From Escherichia coli (GTDB lineage: Bacteria > Pseudomonadota > Gammaproteobacteria > Enterobacterales > Enterobacteriaceae): a stretch of DNA of 64,000 nt. Below are positions 9,633 to 18,177 of this stretch, in pieces. The notes under the pieces were generated by a model that worked only from the letters and a program-made list of their open reading frames with translations, searched no databases and had not been told where the DNA came from. Both the position numbers and the translations under genes were made by a program. The first letter of the stretch is position 1, and each line of letters begins with the position of its first letter. The stretch is taken from assembly GCF_048403405.1 (NCBI RefSeq), contig NZ_CP183129.1; one strand, given 5' to 3'.

Positions 9633-10645
9633 CTATCCAAAAAAATGGTCCCAGGCATTACCAGCCCACTCGATAAGTTTGTCTTTACCCTTACGGGTAA
9701 GCTCTTTGACAGGCTTTGGTAACGGAAAAGAATCAATAACGTCGTCGAGTATCCCGGAGATTACGCTGCCGAAGCCGTTTTTTGCTTCCGTCTTGACCTC
9801 TTCGGTTTTGAACTCATCCTTAAACTGCGAAGCCGTGCTACTTTTAGCCCGATCAGGCAAAGCCCGAATAATAGTCTCTACCAGACGAAGAATGTTGTAG
9901 CCCTCATCGGCGGAGACAGGTGTCACCGGATAGTGCGTAAAACCAAATCGTTCAGTAATGTAGGCTTCTTTCTTTTCGATGTTGATGCGCTGTGCAGGAG
10001 ATGGCTGATGCAGATGAGTATCCCACTCGCGGAATGGCTCAATTTTATCAACCTGGTTAAGGACGAATAAAACGCGCTCACCCCCACCAGCAGGGAGCAG
10101 AACATTGTTGTAGAAATGCTCATCCGCAGAAAAGGCCCGATCGTCACCTTTTATTACCCACAGGATGAGATCCAGGGAGGGAAGCAAATTGCGGTATAAA
10201 TCTTCATACTCCTATCCCGCCGGGCATTCTCACCGACACCAGGTATATCAATTATCTTCAGCGAATGTTTTCCGAAGCGTATATGCAATTCCTGAACTTC
10301 ACGAGTACATGCCTCAACGTCGCTAACTGCACAAACCTCCCCTTTAAACAGCGCATTACATACGCTGCTTTTCCCCGCGCCAGTTTTTCCCATGGCACCA
10401 ATCACGGGTTCATAGTCGATGGCTTCACTGATTTTGTTCAACAGCTTTTCCCGCAGTGGCTGAGGGAAAATATCAAGAATATCCCTGATGTCGGGTATGT
10501 GCGGTGTGCTATCACCTTTTTGCTCGTTGCTACCATTACGTTCTGGAAATATATTGCTCCACATTCCCAAAATCCCGCCTTCCCTTCTGGTGACGCCACT
10601 GGCATCAGTAATCATCCGGCCTTCGCCCTTTACCGGGTCATCCAT
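9633..10645 (-). pseudogene. YeeP/YfjP/YkfA-family GTPase, frameshifted
   Basis: G1 P-loop (GAMGKTGAGKSS) and G3 (DIPGVGE) in ORF 10154..10645; G4 (NQVDK) in overlapping ORF 9633..10187 in another frame. Confidence 0.6.
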
Positions 10646-10684
10646 ACGAGGTCTCCTTTTTTAATTTGAAATAAACGTTGTCTG

Positions 10685-11368
10685 TTACTCTCTGAAGGTC
10701 TGAATTACGTCACTTATGAAACGAAAGTGAGGGAGGGCTGAAATAAACTCTTCACTGGCAGTCAGAGCATCAAGTTCAGGCTTTCTGCGGAAAGAGGTAT
10801 CCAGAACGGTTACGGCGTTAACGTCTTCCATCCGAAACACCTGTAAATTTCTGGTGCGGGTAGCAACAAGAAACCAGTTTTTGGACTGAAATATCAGACG
10901 GCGGGGAGCTACTGCTTCGTAGCTTTTACCGTTAACCAATAATGTAACGGCGCGGTAGTCGCGGATAGCTTCCGCCAGTTTCAGAAAACAGGCAGTCTGC
11001 GTGACGGGAGAAGATAATGCCCCATGCCCAATAAGACACGGCGATACGCCGGAATTGCTGGCAATCAACCGGATCAACTTGCGGTTCTGAGCCGGAATGA
11101 TTCCTGAAATTCCTGAATTACGTATAAACGCAAATGTATTGGGTAAGTGCTCCCGGCCTGTTTGGCGGATAAGTCGGTAACTTCCGCTGCGATGCTCAAG
11201 ATCCAGATGGATCAGGCGTTGCTGAAAATCCCGCTGTAGGGTGCGTTCTGAGACACCAAATTCATCAGCTAATACTTTAAGCTCCAGAGATTCACCAGCC
11301 AGTAAGCGGCTGATAATGACTGATAGCCTGACAGACAGGCGGTCATGATGATCATGCTGTGTTTTCAT
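10685..11368 (-). CDS. HTH-WYL domain transcriptional regulator (YfjR-like)
   Basis: N-terminal HTH (LKVLADEFGVSERTLQRDF) followed by a WYL-like region; start set at internal Met 11368. Confidence 0.55.
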   Translation of the reverse strand: MKTQHDHHDRLSVRLSVIISRLLAGESLELKVLADEFGVSERTLQRDFQQRLIHLDLEHRSGSYRLIRQTGREHLPNTFAFIRNSGISGIIPAQNRKLIRLIASNSGVSPCLIGHGALSSPVTQTACFLKLAEAIRDYRAVTLLVNGKSYEAVAPRRLIFQSKNWFLVATRTRNLQVFRMEDVNAVTVLDTSFRRKPELDALTASEEFISALPHFRFISDVIQTFRE

Positions 11369-12036
11369 AGTGGGGACAGTCCTGTTCTCCCAAAATATCA
11401 TGGTGTTGATACGGGAGATTATGCCGTACAGGTACGACACGTTATGTCGTACTAAAGGGGAGTTGATTGAAAAAATAGTGGGGTAACTGCAGTTATCTAA
11501 TACTCTGAAATATAAGTTAATTGATTAACTCTAAGGCAAGGTCATCATCACAGAAACGACACAACCTGTCGCGTTGCGCATTGTAAGAAAGAGGGTATCT
11601 GATGCGTACGAAAATGATTTAGTTCTGAAAATAGTTGCAAATGAATCAATACATTCTTATTTTTACAAAAAGTTGGAATGCATAAGCCAATTGACCATTA
11701 GCAATGACAAATCCTTCTAGCGCACTTCGTTGATTAAATATAGATTTAGGTATCCAATCTATTCACACATAACGATTTGCTCCGCTGAACTAACCGAGCA
11801 ACACTGCAAAAAAATATACCACGCCGACAATCAAGAAAAGTACTCACCAGTATAAAGTATCAAGTAAATCAATGCGATGTAGAATAAACACCGGCCCTTA
11901 ATGTGATAGGAATCACATTCCTTCAGCCCTGCATTCCGGCATAATCATATCGGAAGGTTAAACTGCTCACGCCATATCCCTTTTTAGGGGGATATCTATG
12001 AATACCGTTTCAATCCACTAATACATAAGGTAATAA

Positions 12037-12579
12037 ATGGACGCAGAGAAAATTCAGTCAGATATAGATGCTCTTTTGACATACATGAACGATGACATGG
12101 AGAATCTTGGTGAAACAATAAAAACCGTTACATTTGGATTCGAAACAGGCCAGAACGACCGCATTGCTATAGACGAGTTGCTTCACTGGCGGGAAGAGTA
12201 TTTGTTCAAAATCATCAATATTTGCCATTCCCGCTCTCTATTACGTAAGGACTTTGGAGATTTTGAGCATGTATCCTTGACAGAAGAGGGTCAGAGTCGT
12301 GCTATATCAATCAAACACGGAAAAAATCGCTCTTACGAGTTAGGGGCCAGCATGCAAATCGCAACGTTAAATGTTCATGGGCCTGCACAGGTTGGTAACG
12401 GTAATACGCAAAACATCCACAATGTATTTAATCAATTACTTCAGCAGATCGAGAAATCTTCCGCTTCTGATGAAGAAAAACAGGAAGCCAAAAAACGCCT
12501 GGCGAAATTTTTGGAACATCCTTTGGTTGGTTCTATTGTCGGCGGTCTTGCTGGTTCCCTTCCTGGTCTAATGGGATGA
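12037..12579 (+). CDS. hypothetical protein, 180 aa, Gly-rich C-terminus
   Basis: First gene of a compact plus-strand cassette; 4-nt overlap with the next gene; C-terminal glycine-zipper-like tail (GSIVGGLAGSLPGLMG). Confidence 0.45.
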   Translation: MDAEKIQSDIDALLTYMNDDMENLGETIKTVTFGFETGQNDRIAIDELLHWREEYLFKIINICHSRSLLRKDFGDFEHVSLTEEGQSRAISIKHGKNRSYELGASMQIATLNVHGPAQVGNGNTQNIHNVFNQLLQQIEKSSASDEEKQEAKKRLAKFLEHPLVGSIVGGLAGSLPGLMG

Positions 12580-12848
12580 TGGAAGATCTTAAAAAAACGA
12601 TCCGACTGCGCTGTGCATTCTGCCGTTCGGAACAGTTCGCCTTACCTTACGAGGGTTACTCCCCCCCAAGTCATAGCTTTGTCGTTTGTGCCAACTGCGG
12701 GAGGGAAAACGACGTCACATCTCTGCTCATCGTTGCTAAATCGAAAGGGATGGAAATAGCTGAAGAGTATGCTGATGAACTAGTTGAACAGATGACGAAA
12801 GATCTGTTTAAAACTTTTAAAAACCGTAAATTCATAAAGATAAAGTAA
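12576..12848 (+). CDS. small zinc-ribbon protein
   Basis: 90-aa ORF with two CxxC pairs (CAFCRSEQF … CANCGREN); translationally coupled to the upstream gene. Confidence 0.45.
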   Translation: MMEDLKKTIRLRCAFCRSEQFALPYEGYSPPSHSFVVCANCGRENDVTSLLIVAKSKGMEIAEEYADELVEQMTKDLFKTFKNRKFIKIK

Positions 12849-12875
12849 CTGTTACAAAAGTTACATGGAGGACAT

Positions 12876-13850
12876 ATGTCAAGGACTAAAGTACTTTTTG
12901 CTTATTGCCATGAGTTAGATCGGTGTTTATCGATTGATGAAGCAAGAACAGAATTCTTTTCAAAAAAACCGCAAGACAGACAACGATTCACTTTCTCCTG
13001 CAGCGATCGCAACTGCAATGTCACCATTAGTGGTGTTAATTACCATGTCAAAGCGGAAGATGGTGAAAAATTCAAAGTTGCACATTTTCGTTCTCCACAT
13101 CCCCATAATCTGGGATGTGAATGGATGCAGTTTTCTGAGGAAGCTAACCAGCCCCGTCAGGCTAGTGAAACAGAGGCTGACTACACAGAAAGAAAGGCAA
13201 GGCAGAAGCTAAATGATTTTATCAATTGCTTCGATCCTTGTACTGATGAGACAGATTCTGGGCAAAAAAAAACTGGACAACTTACATCACTTTCGCAGGT
13301 AAACCATCTCGCCAAAGACAATGATTTGTCTAACGATAAATCCCACAAGTGGAGCCGTTATACACGAACTAACCAGCTACAGCGCCTAGTAGACACCTGG
13401 CAGGAAGCCAAGAAAACTCTTACATACGACGAGTTCAGAACATTAAAACTAAGAGTCACAAACTACGGAAAGGTTTATTTCCATGAATACATAACGCATA
13501 TTCAGAAAGGGCTAAAAAACCAATATGAAGGCGTCATTTTCGGCGGTGGTTCTTTGGTTAAACGTTATGGTCGTGGCTTTCTCATTCACTTTTTCGATAA
13601 ACATAACGATAAACCAATTCGTCTGTATATCGATAAGAACCTTATGGAGAAAGGGCGATTCAGTCATTATATTGATGAAATATTATCAACAGAGAATGTG
13701 AGATATTTTCGTGTCTTTTTGTTAAACCCAGAAGTTTCCGAAAAAAAAGACCGAACTGGCAAGCCAGTTATCAACCTTGAGATATCAAGCCTGCGACAAT
13801 TGGCGATTTACTACGAACTCAACTCTTCTGAAGATAATGATTTTGTTTGA
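12876..13850 (+). CDS. hypothetical protein, 324 aa, Cys/His-rich N-terminus
   Basis: Long ORF in an AT-rich cassette; contains A9 and A8 homopolymer tracts; no family recognised. Confidence 0.5.
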   Translation: MSRTKVLFAYCHELDRCLSIDEARTEFFSKKPQDRQRFTFSCSDRNCNVTISGVNYHVKAEDGEKFKVAHFRSPHPHNLGCEWMQFSEEANQPRQASETEADYTERKARQKLNDFINCFDPCTDETDSGQKKTGQLTSLSQVNHLAKDNDLSNDKSHKWSRYTRTNQLQRLVDTWQEAKKTLTYDEFRTLKLRVTNYGKVYFHEYITHIQKGLKNQYEGVIFGGGSLVKRYGRGFLIHFFDKHNDKPIRLYIDKNLMEKGRFSHYIDEILSTENVRYFRVFLLNPEVSEKKDRTGKPVINLEISSLRQLAIYYELNSSEDNDFV

Positions 13851-13887
13851 CAGTAGCATGCTAAATTTATAAAAAGGAGAAGTATTT

Positions 13888-14181
13888 ATGGTCCCTGGAT
13901 ATGTATACATATTAATCAACACAAGCATGCCTGGTTTAATTAAAATAGGTCGAACGCTACGCGACTCACGCATGCGTGCGCGTGAACTCTTCTCCACCGG
14001 AGTGCCAACACCGTTTCAAGTTGCTTTTGAGCTGTTCGCTGAACAACATGAAGCTCTCGAGGCTACGGTACATAATGAATTGAATGATTTTCGAGCTAAT
14101 GTGGCACGCGAGTTTTTCCGCTACCCACTCGACAAGGCCGTTGCATTACTAATTCAGCTGCCCCCTCCAAAACGCCACTGA
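13888..14181 (+). CDS. T5orf172/GIY-YIG-like domain protein
   Basis: N-terminus YVYILINTSMPGLIKIGRT … RARELFSTGVPTPF resembles the T5orf172 (GIY-YIG-like) domain; 97 aa. Confidence 0.45.
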   Translation: MVPGYVYILINTSMPGLIKIGRTLRDSRMRARELFSTGVPTPFQVAFELFAEQHEALEATVHNELNDFRANVAREFFRYPLDKAVALLIQLPPPKRH

Positions 14182-14188
14182 ACAGTAT

Positions 14189-14539
14189 GTGGCCGAAGAT
14201 ATAACACAACGGCTTAGAGAAAAATATCCTTTATATATACCTCCAGAAATTGTAGCGGTGAGGATTGTTCAAATGCCCGGAGGTGTCTGGCTAGAGATAA
14301 CGACTGAGAAAAAAATCGCTAGATACCTCGTAGATCAGATAATCCAACGAACAGATCTAGCATTCATTGTTGACACAGACGAGGCATTCTTTCGGTCAGA
14401 AGATGATGTCCGTTTAAATGCGAATAAACTGGTAAATGATTACGATATTTACTCTATCGTCATGACTACGGACCTCTTTCATGATTACGCCTGCCAACAA
14501 ATAACACGCGCGCATCATGCCCAGAGAAATTTCGTCTGA
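14189..14539 (+). CDS. hypothetical protein, 116 aa
   Basis: ORF 8 nt after the previous gene in a different frame; could be a separate gene or a frameshifted continuation. Confidence 0.3.
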   Translation: MAEDITQRLREKYPLYIPPEIVAVRIVQMPGGVWLEITTEKKIARYLVDQIIQRTDLAFIVDTDEAFFRSEDDVRLNANKLVNDYDIYSIVMTTDLFHDYACQQITRAHHAQRNFV

Positions 14540-14649
14540 TGCAACAGGCGTAACGATACCCCAAATTCGTTACTCACAGTAATCCATGTCCAGTTTGGGT
14601 GTAAATATCACGCATAATCGTGCCATTCATATTTAGAGATCATCCGGCA

Positions 14650-15770
14650 TAATCAATCTGCCAACGAAGGAGATCGCTACGCGTAAAGCCCGTTTTACTG
14701 AGCATCAGATCATCGCTGTGATTAAGTCAGTTGAAGCCGGACGAACCGTTAAAAATGTCTGCCGGGAGGCCGGTATCTCTGAAGCCACCTACTACAACAG
14801 GAAGTCCAGATACGGCGGCATGGAAACTTCTGATATTAAAATCTTGAGGACGAAAACCGCCGTCTCAAACAGATGTTTGCTGACCTGAGTCTGGAGAGCC
14901 GAGCGCTGAAAGACGTTATCGAAAAAAAGCTTTAAAACCAGCCTTTAAGCGTGAGCTGGTCACTCATCTGATAACGACATTCGGACTCAGTATCAGTCAG
15001 GCCTGCCGGAGTCTGAACCTGAGCATAACGTTTACCGTTACCGCCCGGATACCACGCGTGATGAACCCGTTATTGCCGCCCTGTAGGCTGCGGCTGAGCG
15101 ATACCCACGATACGGCTTTCCGAAGCTTTTCCAGATTCTGCGACGGCAAGGATACTCGTGGAATCACAAAAGGCTCCACCGTATTTACTGTCTGCTGAAG
15201 CTGAATTTTCGCCGTAAGGGCCAGCAACGGCTGCCGGTACGCATCCCTCACCACTGGCTACGCCAGAAGCGCTGAACCAGTGATGGTCTGTCGATTTCAT
15301 GCATGATGCGCTGGCCTGTGGCCGTCATTTTCGCACGTTCAATGTTATTGATGACTTTAATCGTGAGGCGTTATCGATTGAAATCGATCTGAATCTGCCA
15401 TCTCTGCGGGTGGTCCGTGTACTTGACAGGATCGCGGCAAACCGCGCTTATCCGGTCATGCTGCGCATGGATAATGGTCCGGAATTTATCTCTCTGGCGC
15501 TGGCTGAATGGGCAGAGATACACGCAGTAAAACTGGAGTTCATCCAGCCGGGTAAGCCGACGCAGAACGCTTTCATTGAGCGTTTTAACAGGATATACCG
15601 TACAGAAATACTCGATTTTTATCTGTTCAGAACGCTGAATGAAGTACGGGAAATTACGGAGAAATGGTAATCAGAATATAACTGTGAACGCCCGCATGAA
15701 TCACTGAACAATATGACACCGGAGGAATACCGACTTCACAATTATTTGGCCGGGATCTCAAAAAATGCAT
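14650..15770 (+). mobile_element. degraded IS3-family insertion sequence (IS407-group-like), OrfA/OrfB remnants
   Basis: OrfA-like HTH/leucine-zipper frame (…EATYYNRKSRYGG…LEDENRRLKQMFADLSLE) and OrfB-like DDE-core frame (DNGPEFIS…FIQPGKPTQNAFIERFNR…ERPHESL) interrupted by several frameshifts; no intact N-terminus. Confidence 0.7.
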
Positions 15771-16091
15771 GGAACTAAAACGGGTCTATTTACAGGGCCA
15801 TCAGTTAGAAAATGTGGCGTACAACGATAAACAGTTTGGTTGCATAAAAAAACGTAAGAGTTGGTTATCATTCTTTCAACGTAAGGGAATTACAGTAGCG
15901 GTAGGAAAAACTGATAGGTTATTTTACATTGAATTCAAAAAACTGTTTATTTAAGCCGTTAGCGATAAGTTTCATTGTAATTTAGCCGGAAAATGTTCCA
16001 TTGGGAAAACTGAATTGAGACTAATATTATATTAGATGAGAATATTTCTGATGTAAATATACCGAGGAATGGAGGCATCCCTCGGTATATG

Positions 16092-18167
16092 TTAATTCAC
16101 ACCCAGCGCCTTATAAACCGCATCAACCGGGTCTGAGTAAAAACTCACCTGAAACTTGGTAAATAACTCTGCCGGAACCGTTGGAATATCCATAGCCGAG
16201 GACATCGGCAACAGAACCCGTTTTGCGCCGCTGTCGAAGGCGAGCTGTAAACTGGCGGCAAGATCCTGCACCGGGTTAATTACTCCACCAAGGGTCATAC
16301 TGCCCAACACCACCATCTGTTCCTGCACCGGCTTTGCCAGCAATATCGAACATAAAGCGATAAGCGCAGCAAGACTGGTTGCGGTGCTAGGGCCAGTATT
16401 ATGCAGTTCAACGACATGAAGGTGATATTCATGATCAGAGAATTTCGCTGCCGCGCTTACCCGATTCAAATTGCCTTTGAAGTAATCGAAACCGACGCGG
16501 ATAGCTTCTTTCGCGGAGGTATTTGAACCCAGGCCCGATACACTATGCTTACCATTACCGGCAGTCATCTGCGTTTCAAAACGATACAGCCCGGTCATAC
16601 CGCTTTCTGCCTGAGTGACCAAATGCACAACGCCCGGCTTTGGCATTCCGGCAGGAATTAGTTCGCTGCCGCCCTGTTCCGGTACGCTTACAAAAAACTC
16701 TTCCAGCGTTTCGTTATCGATGTAGCTAAAGTTCACATCGAAGAACTCCAGGCCGCCCAGTTTTTTAAGTTGCTCTTTCACTCGACGACGAACTTCCATC
16801 GCATAGGTCAGGCAGACTCGTACATCTTCTTTGCTGTACGCGCCATCGGGATGCATGAGTTTTAACAACCCCGACACTGTACGTCGAACAGCAATCACGT
16901 CACGCTGATTGAGGTTATTTCCCAGCTTGAAGAATTTATCAATTGCATCGGAGAAGCTACGTTTACGCATCTCGCGCATGTATTCAGCGAGATAATCCGT
17001 AATCAAACCATAGCGATTGGTGAAAAATTCCGGGCGCATCTTAGGAATTTCCCAACCAGGAATATAGGCATGGAAGCGGTCAAAAAATGCAGTATCAATC
17101 ATCGCATCCGGGAACGGTGCTAGCAGATGGCTGGTTTTGACCAGTGTATCTACGCTCTGATTGATGTTGCCAACAAACACCATGGAGGCTTTGCCTTCAA
17201 TGGAGTCCCGACCACGAGAGAATGAGCCTGATGCCATGTAATCCTTCATGATCTGCACGCCATCTTTGTCTTTGAAGGTGATCCCTGCCACTTCATCAAA
17301 CGCGACGACGTCCCACATTCCCACAAGACCAATCTGCCGGCTGGCCATGTTGTAAAACAAGTTCGCCACCGTGGTTTGCCCGCCAGATACCAGCAGGGAG
17401 TTAGGAGAGCACTCTTTATAAACATGACTCTTACCTGTACCACGTGGACCAAGCTCGCAGACGTTATAGTTGTTTTCCACAAAGGGAATCATGCGAGTAA
17501 TCAGATGCCACTTGGTACGCTGCTCAATATTTGCAGGTTCCATCCCGACCGAACGTAACAGCACATCAATCCACTGGTCGCGATCAAACTGCTTGCGGGC
17601 TTCAAATACCTCGTCCATATCCATATTTGGCATCTGGATCGGCTTCAGTGTGAACAGCGAGAAAGGAGACGTTTTTTGCCCCTCTTCATAAAAGTAGTTC
17701 ACGGTGATCATGCACCAGATGCCACCAGTCAGCAGTTTCTCGTTGTCTTTCACCATCTGCGACGGCACCAGGGCATCTTTAATGCCAAGGTTAGAGAGCT
17801 GGGCTTCGTAAACGTCTTTCTTCTGATTTAGCTTTACCGTGACCTTATCGATAATCTTGTAAGAACCACGCTCGCGAATTAGTGATTTCACTTTTTCTGC
17901 TTCATCCGGGCGGACGTAGTTATCAGAAAGAATACGCTTAACCGACTGTAGCCCCTGCTCGACAACCTCATCGTCATCGGAGGCACAGTACATACCGAGT
18001 AGATATTCCAGTACGTAAACCGGAACATTCGCCCCTTCTTTAAGTTGCTTAGTCAGATCCTTACGCACCACGCGACCGCGAAAGTGCTGATTCAACAATG
18101 AATCCAGGTCCTGAGCCAACACAGAGGCCGTTTCCATGTTACTGGCTGAGTTATCCTGCTGTTGCAT
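16092..18167 (-). CDS. brxL: BREX BrxL (Lon-like protease-domain ATPase)
   Basis: 691-aa ORF with Walker A (LGPRGTGKSH) and C-terminal Lon-protease-like domain; last gene of the BREX operon. Confidence 0.85.
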   Translation of the reverse strand: MQQQDNSASNMETASVLAQDLDSLLNQHFRGRVVRKDLTKQLKEGANVPVYVLEYLLGMYCASDDDEVVEQGLQSVKRILSDNYVRPDEAEKVKSLIRERGSYKIIDKVTVKLNQKKDVYEAQLSNLGIKDALVPSQMVKDNEKLLTGGIWCMITVNYFYEEGQKTSPFSLFTLKPIQMPNMDMDEVFEARKQFDRDQWIDVLLRSVGMEPANIEQRTKWHLITRMIPFVENNYNVCELGPRGTGKSHVYKECSPNSLLVSGGQTTVANLFYNMASRQIGLVGMWDVVAFDEVAGITFKDKDGVQIMKDYMASGSFSRGRDSIEGKASMVFVGNINQSVDTLVKTSHLLAPFPDAMIDTAFFDRFHAYIPGWEIPKMRPEFFTNRYGLITDYLAEYMREMRKRSFSDAIDKFFKLGNNLNQRDVIAVRRTVSGLLKLMHPDGAYSKEDVRVCLTYAMEVRRRVKEQLKKLGGLEFFDVNFSYIDNETLEEFFVSVPEQGGSELIPAGMPKPGVVHLVTQAESGMTGLYRFETQMTAGNGKHSVSGLGSNTSAKEAIRVGFDYFKGNLNRVSAAAKFSDHEYHLHVVELHNTGPSTATSLAALIALCSILLAKPVQEQMVVLGSMTLGGVINPVQDLAASLQLAFDSGAKRVLLPMSSAMDIPTVPAELFTKFQVSFYSDPVDAVYKALGVN

Positions 18168-18177
18168 AACGCCTCAC

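Noticed and set aside
10685-11368. WYL regulator as the BREX regulator BrxR
   Set aside because: About 20 kb from brxA, opposite side of an IS remnant, and embedded in CP4-type island genes; the context fits a YfjR-like island regulator better.
14997-15300. Minus-strand ORFs of 85 and 76 aa inside the IS remnant
   Set aside because: Antisense to recognisable transposase OrfB fragments.
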